64,000 nt of DNA from an uncultured Acidobacteriota bacterium (GCA_963828465.1 CAWHEU010000022.1:32001-96000), one strand, 5' to 3'; numbered from the stretch's first letter, positions 31,909 through 44,007 are shown. Numbers and translations: made by a program. The notes: generated by a model from the sequence alone, not told the origin.

Positions 31909-33126
31909 TCAGCGGTCGGTGCTGAAGGCGTAGACGGTGGTGGTCTCGTACACCTCGCCGGGGGACAGAACCGTCGATGGGAAATTGTCATGGTTGGGTG
32001 AGTCCGGGAAGTGTTGGGTCTCGAGGGCAAAGCCGGCGCTCTGCCGGTACATCTTCCCGCTGGTCCCGATCAAAGTCCCGTCGAGGAAGTTGCCGGCATA
32101 GAACTGGATCCCGGGCTCGGTGGTCAGCACCTTCAGCGTGCGGCCACTCTCCGGATCCGTGGCCTTGGCGGCCAGCTCGAGCCGATCGTCGGTCTTGCGG
32201 TCGAGGACCCAGTTGTGGTCATAACCACGACCGATCACCAGCTGCTCGAAGGTGCCGTCATTGATCCGCTCCCCGATGGCGGTGGACTTGTTGAAGTCCA
32301 TCGGCGTTCCTTCCACCGGATCGATAGGCCCGGTGGGGATCAGGGTGTCGTTGACCGGCGTGTACTCATCGGCGTTGATGAAGAGCTTGTGGTCGTAGAT
32401 ATCGCCGTTGCCCTCACCCGCCAGGTTGAAATAGGCATGGTTGGTGAGGTTGACGATCGTCTCCAAACCCTCGCCCTCCTCCAGTTCTGCCCGATAATCC
32501 ATCCTGATCTCGTTCTTCGGGGTGAGCAGATAGGTGACGGTGACGTGCAGGGTCCCCGGATAGTTCTCCTCGCCGTCCGGGCTCGTGTAGGTGAGCCGGA
32601 GACCGACGTTCTTCCCGTCGTCGATCGGCTCGGCAGCCCAGATCCGCTTGTCGAACCCGAAGTCGCCGCCATGGAGATGGTTGGGATCGTTGTTGGTGGC
32701 CAGCTGGTACGTCTCGCCGTTCAACTCGAACTGTCCCAGCGCGATCCGATTGGCGTAGCGACCGGTGATGTTCCCGAAGTAGGGGTTCTCGTTCACGTAC
32801 TGGTCCAGGTTGTTGAAACCCAGGGTGACGTTGGTAAGCCGCCCCCTGCGCCCCGGGATCTCGATGGATTGGAGGATCCCCCCATAGGTGAGGATGTTCA
32901 CCTTCATCCCCTTGCGGTTGGTGAGGGTCCATATCTCGACCGGGTTGCCCTGTTCCGGGTGTTCCGGGTTGGTCGAGTTGACCTCACCGAATGGCTGGCT
33001 GGTGATACTCGCTCCTTGCGTGGTGGCGGCCTGATTGGCGGCCGCGGCGGGCACAACCGCGAGGGCTGTGAGCAGGAGAACGAGAGTCGTGGCGAAGACT
33101 CTGCTTCGCTTGATTGCTCTCCGCAT
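31909..33126 (-). CDS. galM: aldose 1-epimerase (mutarotase) with signal peptide
   Basis: GRYANRI, NHLHGG, NLTNHAYFNL, GYDHN, ALETQHFPDSPN. N-terminal signal sequence. Confidence 0.93.
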   Translation of the reverse strand: MRRAIKRSRVFATTLVLLLTALAVVPAAAANQAATTQGASITSQPFGEVNSTNPEHPEQGNPVEIWTLTNRKGMKVNILTYGGILQSIEIPGRRGRLTNVTLGFNNLDQYVNENPYFGNITGRYANRIALGQFELNGETYQLATNNDPNHLHGGDFGFDKRIWAAEPIDDGKNVGLRLTYTSPDGEENYPGTLHVTVTYLLTPKNEIRMDYRAELEEGEGLETIVNLTNHAYFNLAGEGNGDIYDHKLFINADEYTPVNDTLIPTGPIDPVEGTPMDFNKSTAIGERINDGTFEQLVIGRGYDHNWVLDRKTDDRLELAAKATDPESGRTLKVLTTEPGIQFYAGNFLDGTLIGTSGKMYRQSAGFALETQHFPDSPNHDNFPSTVLSPGEVYETTTVYAFSTDR

Positions 33127-33204
33127 GACCTTCTCCTTTGGTCGCGGATGAGCAACCCTAGGTCTGAATTGCTAAAGCCGCAAGCGTGTGCCTGCATACG
33201 TAAT

Positions 33205-36200
33205 TCAGGATGTTGTCGCCAGTACCTCCCGCGCCGCGACCAGGTCGTGTTCCTCGAGGCCTTCGGTGAATGTGGCGTAGAGCGATGCCAGCTCCTCGCT
33301 GCCGTCGGGGGTCTTGCCCATCTCCCGATGGAGGTCGACCAGCCGGGTCAGTGCCTGCAACTCGACGAGGTGGAACCCTCCCGCCCCTCCTCCTAGAGCC
33401 GCGATCAGATAGGCCTGTTCGGCGGCCTCCAGATCGGGGTCGGGGAATGTCCTCAGAATGTCACCTCTGACGATGAGGAACTCAGGATTGGTCAAGACGT
33501 CGGGCCCGCCGGTCGTGACGGCCTCATCGATCAGCTCCAGGGCTCGCTCGGAAAGACCCGCGATGTTGTGCACCAAAGCTCGCAGACGGAGCAGATCGGG
33601 CCAGAACACCGGGGGCGCGGTCAGCCCGTGGTACAGCTCGATTCCCTTCTCGGTCATTGTGAGACCGGTCTCGGGGTCCCCCAGATAGGACGTCGCCACC
33701 CCATCGCAGACGGTGGAGAGGGTTCGCCATACCGGATAGTCGTTCTGCTCGGATACCACGTCCAGCTCCCTGGCCCGATCCCGCGCCTCCTCGTACCGCC
33801 CGCGATAGAGGGCGAGAAGACCGTTGTGATGGAGTCCATAGGCGATGCTGTAGGGGTGGCCGATCTGCCGTGCCACATCGAGGGCGTCCTCGACGCGGTC
33901 TACGGCCTGCTCCAACTTCCCGCACTGCCAGAGGAGGATTCCCGAGGCGGTTCGGGCCACCACACCGGTGTTGGGGCCGAGCCGAAATCGGCCAGAGTCA
34001 TGGACCTGAGGGTCGTGAAGCTCGATAGCCCGGTCGAGGCTGGGGAGCCCCACCTCGAGGTTCCCGGTGAAGGCGGTTGCGGCCCCGTAGACATAGTGGC
34101 CCTCGATCAGCATCGAGTCGTCGCCGGCCTGCTCACCGAGCTCGAGCAGCTGCTGGCCGAGTTCGGCGACCGCGGCGAATTGAGCGATACCCATGTAGTA
34201 GGTAGCCAGGGCACGGAGCACCGGAAACCGTTGGGTCGGAGTCCCGACCGTCTCCGAGGCCTCCATGGCTTTCTTGTACGCCGCCTCGGTTTCTGGTCCG
34301 TAGCCGCGGACGGCCATCATCGCCCGCGCCAGACTCATCCGGAGTGCCAGCTGCTCGGCGGCGACCTTCGGTGACGGCTCGACCCCATCCAGCATTTCGA
34401 TCCCGTCGTTGGCCAATTCGATTGCGGCCCGGTACCAACCCCTCGACTCGTGGAGAGCCCACATCCCCTCGATCATCCCGAATATCTGCTCGACTCCGCC
34501 TTGGGCGATCCAGTAGTCCCAGGCGGTCCTCAGGTTGCCCAACTCCCGCTCCAGATCGTCCAGCGCTGCCTGCCGGTCCGCAGCGTGCAGGCGCCCGCCT
34601 ATGCCGTCGACCAACCTGCAGAAATAGTCGGCGTGGGAGTGCCGGCCCGCCGCTTCCCGGTCCGGCGACTCGGCCAGCTTCGACTCGGCGAATTCCTTGA
34701 TCATGAGCAGCATCGAGAACCGCTGGGTCAGCCCCGTGTCTGCACGTCGCACAAGGCTCTTGTCCACCAGCGAGCCGAGAGTGTCGAGGGCGTCGACCCC
34801 ACCGAGGACTTCGGCGGCCACGGCCTCTAGCGCGCGAAGGTCGGTGGCGGAGAACACCGACAGCAGTTCGAAAACTTCACGCTCGTTCTGGTCGAGTAGC
34901 TCGTAGCTCCATCCGATCGCCCCCCAAAGGGTGCGTTGACGATCGGGCAAGTCTCGGCCACCCGCACCGAGGACGTCGAGCCGCTCCCGGAGCCGTTCCA
35001 ACAGATCCGACGGGGTGAACACGTTGAGCCGAGCCGCGGCTAGCTCGATTGCGAGCGGGAGCCCGTCGAGTCGGAGACAGATCTCGGCGATCGTGGAAGC
35101 GTTGTCATCCGTCACCGTGAACTCGGGGCGCACTGCCCGGGCTCGGTCGGCAAACAGAGCCACCGCCTCCGACTCGGCGATGACGGAGGCCTCGTCGTCA
35201 GGATGAGGGAGGCCGAGCGGGGGCACCGGGAACACCTTCTCCGCCCGGACCCGAAGTGTCTCCCGGCTGGTAACGAGGACCTTGATCCCTGGTGCGTGTT
35301 GGAGGAGCTCAGACAGCCCCACGGCGGCGGGTGCCACCTGTTCGAAGTTGTCGAGGACGAGGAGCATCCGGGAATCGCGCAGTCGGGTCTTCAGCACTTC
35401 GAGAGCATCGCTACCGCCCGACACAGGGATGGCGAGCGTCGCTGCGACCGCATCGAACACGTTGTCCGGTTCTCGTTCGGAGGAGAGATCGACGAAGAAG
35501 ACACCGTCCAGGTAGTGGTCCAACTCATCGGCGGCGACCTGGAGACCGATCCGTGTCTTGCCCGCACCGCCTGGGCCGGTGATAGTGAGCAGCCTTGTGG
35601 TCGGGGATTCCAGCATGAGGTGGATGGCCGCCAGCTCGTCCTCACGACCCAGGAACTCGGTGGCCTGCTGGGGGAGGTTGTTCGGTCTTCCGTCCAGGGT
35701 CCGTGGCGCCGGGAATTCGGAACGGAGGGCGTCGTGGATCACCTGATAGAGATGCTCGGGCTCGGTGAGGTCCTTGAGCCGGTGGATCCCGAGATCTCGC
35801 AGCTCTACACCTGGCGGCAGATATCCGGACGCGGAAGACGTGCCAGAAACCAAGCACTTGGCCTCCGTGCCCGGCGGCCATGATCCGGGCGGCGCGGTTC
35901 ATCGCCGGCCCGAAGTAGTCGCCCTCACGGCTCTCGGTGTCTCCGCTGTGGATCCCCATTCGGACCCGGAGAGGGCCCGTCGGTCCCCACTGCTCCTCAT
36001 CCAGTGAGCGTTGGCTGTCGACGGCTGCGGAGACGCCATCCGAGACCGAGTCGAACATGGCGATCATTCCATCACCCGTGGTCTTCAACACCGAGCCCCC
36101 GGCTTGGGCTATCGCCTGGTTGAGTATCTGGTCGTGACGAGCGAGTGCGGCTGCCATCTCGTCGCCGTGTTCCTCCCAGAGACGTGTGCTTCCTTCGATG

Positions 36201-36223
36201 TCGGTGAAGAGGAACGTCTGCAT
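33205..36223 (-). CDS. adenylate/guanylate cyclase + STAND ATPase + TPR; frame break near 35852
   Basis: MQTFLFTDIEGST...YFGPAMNRAARIM (end of ORF 35642..36541) joins ORF 33205..35853 (GPGGAGKT, LVLDNFEQ). Confidence 0.88.
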
Positions 36224-36263
36224 CGACGGGGGAATATACGAAATGGCGGGCCACCGCCGCGTC

Positions 36264-37133
36264 TCAGCTGTCGTCGAGCACTTTTCGCAAGGCGCCGGCG
36301 AAAGCCTCTGGGTCGCCCGTCTGGCCATATTCGCCGCCCAGGAAGCCTCCATGGTCACTGGGGAACGTGGTGACTTTCGTCCCGAGGTGTTCGGCCGCTG
36401 CCTCCGCTCCGCGATGGGCCAGTTCGCCATCCGATTCGACGCCGGCGGCGAGGATGATGCGCGTGGAAGCGGCTCCCAGCGCATCGAAGTCGGGTTGGTA
36501 GTGGGTGTTCGTGATGAGGTTCTGCCCGAGCAGCACGTCATCCCGGGAGCCGTCGTCTCCCGTCGGCAGTCCGAACATTGCCGGATCCGGTGCGGGCTGC
36601 TCGGAGAAGTCAGCGGGGACGGGTCCCTTGTGCATCACGATGGCGATGAACTTCGCCATCCCCGGCCCGAGCCCGTCCCGCTGGTAGGTCTCATCGATGT
36701 CCCGGATTGCGGCAAGCGCCTCTTCACGATCAGGGAGCAGTTGCGCCAGTGGCGGCTCGTGGGCAACGAGGGTTCGCACCTGCTCAGGGTGTTGGGCAAC
36801 GAGGGCCAGCGCGTTGATGGCACCACCACTACTGGCGAATAGGTCGACTGGACCGGCGTCGAGCGAGGCAATGAGCCGGTGCAGGTCGTCGGCGTGGACA
36901 TCCGGCGTCGACTGGGTGGCGTCGTCGGTCAGTCTGCTGCGCTCGGCACCGCGGGGGTCGTAGGTCACGACGGTGCGGTCGGTGAAGTAACCCGAAAGGG
37001 TGTCGAATCCAGCCGCACCCATCGGTGATGCGATCATGAGCAACACCGGCTCGGTGCTCGAGTCGTTGCTCCGGACGTCGAAAGTCAGCACGGCGCCCGG
37101 CACCTCGAGCGTGTCCGTTTTGGGCTCGGTCAT
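36264..37133 (-). CDS. alpha/beta hydrolase
   Basis: TYDPRG, FASSGGA nucleophile elbow, HEPP, FPSDHGGF. Confidence 0.9.
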   Translation of the reverse strand: MTEPKTDTLEVPGAVLTFDVRSNDSSTEPVLLMIASPMGAAGFDTLSGYFTDRTVVTYDPRGAERSRLTDDATQSTPDVHADDLHRLIASLDAGPVDLFASSGGAINALALVAQHPEQVRTLVAHEPPLAQLLPDREEALAAIRDIDETYQRDGLGPGMAKFIAIVMHKGPVPADFSEQPAPDPAMFGLPTGDDGSRDDVLLGQNLITNTHYQPDFDALGAASTRIILAAGVESDGELAHRGAEAAAEHLGTKVTTFPSDHGGFLGGEYGQTGDPEAFAGALRKVLDDS

Positions 37134-37227
37134 GATCTCTCCTTCGGCTCTTGGCACTCTGACTTACCGACTCCCCGGGAGGACCAAACTCATCGGTGGG
37201 CAGTGGTTGGCGGCGTAGCCTCCGATC

Positions 37228-38034
37228 ATGGACGTTGCACACAAAGTTGTTGTAGTGACCGGTGGCGGGAATGGGATCGGGCAGCAGGTCGTCCTCGAGC
37301 TGCTTCGACGCGGGGCCCGGGTCGCGGCCGTTGATATCCGTGAGGAAAGCCTGAACGAGACGACGAAGCTGGCCGGGGCCGCTGACCGACTGGCCACGTT
37401 CGCGGTGGACATCACCGACCGGGCCGCCACCGAGGCTCTGCCGGAGAAAGTGGTCGCCGCCCACGGGGCGGTAGACGGACTGATCAACGTTGCCGGGATC
37501 ATCCAGCCGTTCGTGAAGCTCAACGAGCTCGAATACGAAGTCATCGAGCGGGTCATCAACGTCAACCTCTACGGGACGATCCACATGGTCAAGGCCTTCC
37601 TCCCCCATCTGTTGGAACGCCCGGTTGCCCACATCGCCAACGTTTCCAGCATGGGAGGATTTCTCCCCGTCCCGGGACAGACGATCTACGGGGCGTCCAA
37701 GGCAGCGGTCAAGCTGATGACCGAGGGCCTCTATGCCGAACTCCTCGACACCAACGTTGGCGTGTCGGTGGTCTTCCCCGGCGCGGTCGCCACCGAGATC
37801 ACCTCCAACTCGGGGGTGGACATGCCCATGGAGATCCCGAACGAAGAAGAGATGCGGGCCCGCACCACGTCGCCCGAAGACGCGGCCACGATCATCCTCG
37901 ATGGCATCTCGGAGGACCAACTCCAGATCTTCGTCGGCCGTGACTCCAGGATGATGAACGTGTTCAACCGGGTTTCGCCCAAGCGGTCGACCCATCTGAT
38001 CTACAAGCAGATGAAGAGCTTGCTCTCCTCCTGA
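37228..38034 (+). CDS. SDR family oxidoreductase
   Basis: TGGGNGIG, INVAG, NVSS, YGASK. Confidence 0.93.
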   Translation: MDVAHKVVVVTGGGNGIGQQVVLELLRRGARVAAVDIREESLNETTKLAGAADRLATFAVDITDRAATEALPEKVVAAHGAVDGLINVAGIIQPFVKLNELEYEVIERVINVNLYGTIHMVKAFLPHLLERPVAHIANVSSMGGFLPVPGQTIYGASKAAVKLMTEGLYAELLDTNVGVSVVFPGAVATEITSNSGVDMPMEIPNEEEMRARTTSPEDAATIILDGISEDQLQIFVGRDSRMMNVFNRVSPKRSTHLIYKQMKSLLSS

Positions 38035-38039
38035 GCGCC

Positions 38040-38705
38040 ATGAACATCGTCGATCTGACCGTCCCGATCGGGAGGGACACCTACAGCCCGCCGTCGGTGA
38101 ACCAGCCGATCCGGATCGAGGAGTACCACAAGGAGCCCGGGTTCTGGATGGTCTCCGAGATCACGATGATGCTCCATGCCGGCTCGCATGTGGACTTCAC
38201 CAAGCACTACACCGCCGACGGGGAGACGGCGGAACAAGTGCTCCTCGACCGCACCTGTGGCGAGGCGGTGCTGATCGACCTCACCTCGATCGAGCCGGAC
38301 CATGACATCACCCCCGAGGATCTGGCCTCCGCCGCTCCGGAGATCCGACCCGGGGACATCGTGCTGGTCAGGACCGGATGGTCGGATGAGGCGTGGGGCG
38401 ATTTCCCCCGCTACTACGTGGGATCACCGGCCTGCACTCCGGAAGCGGCACGGTGGCTTGTGAGCAGCCGAGCTAAGGCGATTGGATTCGACTGTTTCCC
38501 GGAGCGGGCGGCGAAGAAGCAGAACTACCTGCCCAGCGAGTTCGTCGTTCACGAGATCGTCGGCGACTCGGGGGCGATCCTCATGCAGACGCTCACCAAC
38601 CTCGGGTCATTGCCTGCCGATCGGCGGTTCATGTTCTACGCCGCGTTCCTCAAGGTCAGCGGTGGGGAAGGCGCCCCGGCCCGTTTCTTCGCCGTCCTCG
38701 ACTGA
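38040..38705 (+). CDS. cyclase family (kynurenine formamidase-like) metal hydrolase
   Basis: IVDLT, HAGSHVDFTKH, VLVRTGW, GGEGAPARF. Confidence 0.88.
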   Translation: MNIVDLTVPIGRDTYSPPSVNQPIRIEEYHKEPGFWMVSEITMMLHAGSHVDFTKHYTADGETAEQVLLDRTCGEAVLIDLTSIEPDHDITPEDLASAAPEIRPGDIVLVRTGWSDEAWGDFPRYYVGSPACTPEAARWLVSSRAKAIGFDCFPERAAKKQNYLPSEFVVHEIVGDSGAILMQTLTNLGSLPADRRFMFYAAFLKVSGGEGAPARFFAVLD

Positions 38706-38744
38706 AGTCGGTGACGGCACCCACGCCGACCGCCGACCCCTCGG

Positions 38745-39287
38745 CTAGACGGGGGCTGGCACCGGCTCGGGCATCAGCTCGAGCAAGTGGGTGTTCAACT
38801 GATAGAACAGGGAGGTCGGCAGCGAGCCCTCGCCGAGACGCCGGTTGATCTCCTTGAGCAACCTCAGCCACCGGGCGAAAACGTCCGCGGGCGGCACCGC
38901 ATCCGCGGCTAGATCCCGGGCGAAATCGGATATCCGACGTCGAAGATCCTCGAGCTCTGGGTCGCTCGGCTGAGCAAAAGCGGTTGGACGGAGCGACGTG
39001 CTCGTCTGGCCCACACCGGCGGTGACCGGGCGAACTGGTGAGGCTTCGATGCCCAGCGCGGCGGCGAAGGCCTTCGAGTCGGTCACGTTGAGCACCATCT
39101 CCTCGCCGTCGACCCTGATGTGAAAACCATCTGCTTGGACGACGATGTCCAGTTGCTCGAGTGGCCAGTTCGCGACGGTTCGCTCACCGGCGGTCAAGGT
39201 CATCCGCTCGTTGAGAATGTCGACCTCCACACCGAGCGGAAGACGGGTATGGCCCGGCAGGCGGAGCCTGGCGTTGAACGACGACAA
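38745..39287 (-). CDS. hypothetical protein
   Basis: Open frame with coding-like composition, a beta-rich N-terminal domain and a helical C-terminus. TTG start after GGAGGG is assumed. Confidence 0.65.
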   Translation of the reverse strand: MSSFNARLRLPGHTRLPLGVEVDILNERMTLTAGERTVANWPLEQLDIVVQADGFHIRVDGEEMVLNVTDSKAFAAALGIEASPVRPVTAGVGQTSTSLRPTAFAQPSDPELEDLRRRISDFARDLAADAVPPADVFARWLRLLKEINRRLGEGSLPTSLFYQLNTHLLELMPEPVPAPV

Positions 39288-39440
39288 TTCATCCCTCCAC
39301 ATCGTCTCGGAGGGGCGGAGGCCCCAATCAGCTTGCCTCACGTAATCGCCCGGAGCGGGTGGATGGATACTCTTCGCAGCGAATTCCTAAGGATTTTGGC
39401 CCCAAGAGGCCATCAGACCGTCGAATACACTCGTCGGGTG

Positions 39441-40400
39441 ATGCCGCCCACTCGATCGCCGGAGATCGAGTCCGTGACGCGCAGGGTGCTGCTCGCCTTC
39501 GAGACGGGCGACATGGCTGCCATGGCCAACCTGGTTTCAGCGGATCCCAGTCTGCGTGTTCTCGGATTCGCAGTCGACGAATGGTGGGCCGGTCCAGAGG
39601 AGTTCCTCACCATCCGGGAAACGCAGATCGCTGAGATCCCCGCCCTTCACATCCAGATCGAACGGGTCGATGCCTTCGAAGATGGTGCCTTCGGGTGGGC
39701 GGCGATCGCCACGACGGTGATCACACCCGAGTTGAAGACACCTATGAAGCACGCCGCCGTGCTGAGACTCGAGGCCGGGGCGTGGAAGGTGATCCTCTGG
39801 ACCAACTCGGTTCCGGTGCCAAACATCCAGATCTTTGGCGTTGAGTTGACCACCACCCTCGACGACCTGGTCACCTCGGTTCTGGACGAGCACAGCCGGT
39901 CCTCCACGGCTCTCGAGGGCACCATGACCCTGGTGTTCACCGACATCGTCGACTCGACGAGCCTCGCCGAGACCCTCGGAGATACCGCCTGGGCCGAGCT
40001 GATCAGCCGGCACGAATCCACTATCAGGCAGGTGACCGCATCACAGGGCGGGACGGTGGTCAAGCTGCTCGGTGACGGCTCGATGCTTGCCTTCGAGTCG
40101 GCCCGCGCCGCAGTACGTGCGGCAGTGGACATTCAGCGGGCCTCGGCTAGTGGCCCGTTCGGGGTCCGAATCGGTGTCCACACCGGAGAGGTGATCCGCA
40201 CCGCCGACGATCTACTGGGTCTGACGGTCAACAAAGCGGCCCGGGTTGCTGCTGCCGCCGATTCCGGGAGCATCATGCTCTCCTCGACAACCAGGGACCT
40301 GGTCGGCTCACTGGAAGGGATCAGAATGGGCGAGCCGAGGATCGTGGCGCTGAAAGGTCTCTCGGACACCCACCAAATCGTCCCCATCGGGTGGGAATGA
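39441..40400 (+). CDS. SnoaL/NTF2-like domain + adenylate/guanylate cyclase
   Basis: N-terminal NTF2-like region (EWWAG...GAWKVI). VFTDIVDST, VKLLGDG, GLTVNKAARV. Confidence 0.9.
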   Translation: MPPTRSPEIESVTRRVLLAFETGDMAAMANLVSADPSLRVLGFAVDEWWAGPEEFLTIRETQIAEIPALHIQIERVDAFEDGAFGWAAIATTVITPELKTPMKHAAVLRLEAGAWKVILWTNSVPVPNIQIFGVELTTTLDDLVTSVLDEHSRSSTALEGTMTLVFTDIVDSTSLAETLGDTAWAELISRHESTIRQVTASQGGTVVKLLGDGSMLAFESARAAVRAAVDIQRASASGPFGVRIGVHTGEVIRTADDLLGLTVNKAARVAAAADSGSIMLSSTTRDLVGSLEGIRMGEPRIVALKGLSDTHQIVPIGWE

Positions 40401-41809
40401 CGGCCGGCGATCTTCTCGAACCCGACGTCGACCCGCTGACCGCACCGGTCGGGACCGAGTTCGTAATCCAGCAGCATCATGCCACCCGCCTCCATCACGA
40501 TGTCCGATTGGAGATGATGAGCGGTGACGGCCCGGTCCTGGTCTCGTGGGCCGTTCCAAAGGGTCTGCCCCGACGCCGGGGTGACCGTCATCTCGCCATC
40601 CGCACTCCGGACCATGAGATGGAATGGGGCAGCTTCTCCGGGTCGATCGGGGAGGGGGAGTACGGGGGTGGGGATGTGCGAATCTTCGACCACGGCGAGT
40701 ACGAGCTCGTTGGCCGGACCGAGGACCGTCTCACCTTCCAGCTGAAAGGCGAGCGGCTCGCCGGTGTCTGGCATTTGGTGCACACCGGGCCTAAGGATGG
40801 AAAGGATCAGTGGCTGGCGTTGATGTCCAAGGACCTGCGACCGAAAGAGGAAGGACGACCGCCGGCGAAGCCCATGCTCGCCACTCTCACGGCTGAGGCT
40901 TTCGACGACGCGCAGTGGGGCTTCGAGCCGAAGTGGGACGGGATTCGTGCCATCGCCATGTGTGACGAGGAGACCCATCTCGTCACCCGCAATGACAAGG
41001 ACGTCACGATTGCCTACCCGGAACTACGCCGATTGCACGAGCAGACGGTCGCCCTCGAGGCGATGCTCGACGGAGAGATCGTCGCCTTCGACCACGGGGT
41101 GCCGTCGTTCCAGCGCCTCCAACAGCGGATGCATCTGAGGGACGAGCGGAAGATAGAGGAGATGGCCCGCCAGATACCAGTGGTCTACATCGTCTTCGAC
41201 CTCCTCTACGTCGACGGTGAGGACCTGACTGACCAGCCGCTGGAGGAGCGTCGCCGGATACTCGACGAATCGATCGTCCCCTCCGAGCAGATCCAGGTGT
41301 CACCGGTCACTCAGGGGAACGGAAAGGCGCTCTACAAAGCGGCGGAGAAGCAGGGCCTGGAGGGGATCATGGCCAAACGCTTTTCCTCGGTCTATCAGCC
41401 GGGGGAGCGATCCAAGGATTGGCTCAAGGTGAAGGTCACCTTCGACGCCGACGTGGTGATCGTGGGATGGACCGAAGGGGAGGGGAGCCGCGTCGGAAGT
41501 CTTGGTTCGCTGATGATGGCGGTGTACGACGACGGTGTGTTGCGTTACGTGGGCAATGTCGGGACCGGGTTCAAGACTCGTTCCCTCCCGGACATCTTCG
41601 ATCAGCTCAAAGCGCTCACGGAGACAAAGCCACCGTTTCCCTCCCGTCCCGAGCTGCGCCGTGCCCATTGGGTCAAGCCTTCGCTGGTGGCCGTGGTCGA
41701 GCATCGTGGTGTGACGTCGGCGGGGCGTCTCAGGTCGCCGTCGTTCCAGAGGTTCCGCGACGACAAGAAACCCAAGGAGTGCACCTTCGACTTGTTGTCG
41801 CCCGGCTGA
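40391..41809 (+). CDS. ligD: NHEJ DNA ligase D (phosphoesterase + ligase domains, no polymerase domain)
   Basis: FVIQQHHATRLHHDVRLE, SWAVPKG, EPKWDGIR, LDGEI, EGIMAK, VGNVGTGF. Confidence 0.92.
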   Translation: MGMTAGDLLEPDVDPLTAPVGTEFVIQQHHATRLHHDVRLEMMSGDGPVLVSWAVPKGLPRRRGDRHLAIRTPDHEMEWGSFSGSIGEGEYGGGDVRIFDHGEYELVGRTEDRLTFQLKGERLAGVWHLVHTGPKDGKDQWLALMSKDLRPKEEGRPPAKPMLATLTAEAFDDAQWGFEPKWDGIRAIAMCDEETHLVTRNDKDVTIAYPELRRLHEQTVALEAMLDGEIVAFDHGVPSFQRLQQRMHLRDERKIEEMARQIPVVYIVFDLLYVDGEDLTDQPLEERRRILDESIVPSEQIQVSPVTQGNGKALYKAAEKQGLEGIMAKRFSSVYQPGERSKDWLKVKVTFDADVVIVGWTEGEGSRVGSLGSLMMAVYDDGVLRYVGNVGTGFKTRSLPDIFDQLKALTETKPPFPSRPELRRAHWVKPSLVAVVEHRGVTSAGRLRSPSFQRFRDDKKPKECTFDLLSPG

Positions 41810-41831
41810 TCACTACTGGCATACTCGGGCG

Positions 41832-44007
41832 ATGTCGGGCGATCACCACGACGCCGGCGACCGCTGGACGAATCTCCTGGGCGATTTCAAACTCGGTCGG
41901 CTTCCGGCAACAGTCGGCACAGGGCTGGTGTTGGCATTGGTCAATTCTCTGCTGAGCATCGCCCTGATGTCCCTGATCTTCGACGGGGCGCTCGACGAGC
42001 GCGTTTCCGATCGGGATTGGCTTGGGATTGGTTGCGTCGGCATTGGTCGCCGTGATAGCTGCCCTCGGCAGCAGCTTCCCCGGCATGTACGCAGGCGTTC
42101 AGGACGCGAGCGCGGCGATTCTCGGGCTCAGCGCAGCGTCGATCGCAGCCACGCTCGTGGGGCCCGCTGCAATCGACACAGTGCTCGTCATGTTGGCCGT
42201 GACGTCCCTGGCCACCGGGCTGGTGTTCTTGCTCATGGGCTACTTCGCCCTCGGTGACGTCGCCAGATTCGTGCCCTTTCCAGTGATCGGGGGCCTGCTC
42301 GCCGGCACCGGCTACCTCATCCTGGTCGGGGGGATCGAGATCATGGGAGTGGAGTCTGTGAGCGATCTGATGGCCGGGAATGCTCTGGGTCTGTTCTGGC
42401 CCGGCGTTGTGCTCGCTGTCATGTTCTTCATCGCCTCCCGTCGGAGGTGGCCATCATGGGCCTACCTGGTGTTCCTGGCCGCTGGTGTCATCGGCTTTCA
42501 CGCAATCACCCGAGCTCTGGGGATCGACAAGGCCGAATCCCTCGAGAGGGGCTGGCTGCTCGGCCCTTTCCCGGAAGGCAGCATGTGGCCAGGACTCGTC
42601 GTGGACGCCCTCGGCGGCGCCGACTGGGGGGCACTCGCCGGTGAGGCTGCGGGCCTCGTCACCATCCTGCTCATCGTTCCGATAACTCTCCTTCTCTACA
42701 TCGGTGCGCTCGAGATCGAGACCAAGTCCGATGTCGACATGAACGCCGAGCTGCGGGCGACCGGCTGGGCGAATGTCGCCGCCGGCGCAGTGGGCGGTCC
42801 GCCCGGCTACATGTACCTGGCCGACACATTGATCACCCAGCGACTTGTGGGCAGACGACGGGGTCCTGCGGTTGTCGCCGCCGTCGGGATCCTGAGCGTG
42901 TTGGTGGTCGGGGGCGTCGTCCTGGAGTTCGTGCCCGAATTCGTCATCGGCGGCCTGCTCTTGTTCGTCGGAGCCGACTTTGTGGTGGAGTGGTTGTGGT
43001 CTTCCCGCCGACGGATGACACGCCTGGATTACGCCCTCATGTGGGGAATTGTGCTGGTGATCGCCACTGTCGGGTTCCTTCCCGGTGTCGCCGCCGGTCT
43101 GGTGGCGGCGATCGCCCTTTTCGTCGTCAGATACAGCCGAATCGATGTCGTCAAGCACTCCCTGACTGCCAGAGACCACCGAAGCAACATGGAGCGTTCC
43201 GAGATAGACGCCGACTATCTCCAGGAAGCGGGTGATTCGGTTCTGATCCTCCAGCTCCAGGGATTCATCTTCTTTGGCACGGCGAGCCGGATCACCCGGC
43301 ATGTCCGGACCCGCCGGGAAAGCACCGAGACGCTGCGGTTCGTCATCTTCGACTTTCGACAGGTGACCGGAATCGACTCCTCGGCGGTGGTGCTGTTCGA
43401 GAGGATCGCCCTGCTCGCCCGAGAACACGGATTGATCCTGGTGTTCACCGGGCTGAGCCCGACCCACCGGGCCCAGTTCTCCGAGCTCATGAGTGATTAT
43501 GAAGACGTGATCCGGGACGAGACCGACCTCGATCACGGGATGGCCTGGGCGGAAGACCGTCTCCTCGCCGCCGCCGGAGTGGGTGACGGGCAGCAACGGG
43601 CCCTTCCGGCCCGGCTAGCCGATGAGCTCGCCCCCTACCTCGCCAGGCGCTCGATCCCTGCCGGGAGTCAGCTAATGCGGCAGGGGGAGCCCACATCTGG
43701 CATCTTTCTCATCGTGTCCGGGCGCGTGACTGTTCTTCTCGAAGGGCGCGACGGAGAGCAGGTTCGGCTTCGTACCCTTCTCGAGGGGACCGTATTGGGC
43801 GAGATCAGCCTGTATAGAGACGAGCCGCACACCGCCACGGCGGTCACCGACACCGAGTGTGAGGTGCTGCACCTCACGCCTGAGCGATTCAATGATCTCT
43901 GTCGGGACGCGCCGGCGGTGGCTGCCGACTTCCATGCCTTCGTGGCTCGGACCCTTGCCGGTCGGGTGAGCCACGCCAACCGCGCCATCAGGGCGCTCCA
44001 GAGTTGA
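41832..44007 (+). CDS. SulP-family anion transporter with STAS and cNMP-binding domains; frame break near 42005
   Basis: RFVPFPVIGG, LQLQGFIFFGTA, DFRQVTGIDSS, VLGEISLY...HTATA. N-terminus is in ORF 41832..42257. Confidence 0.88.
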
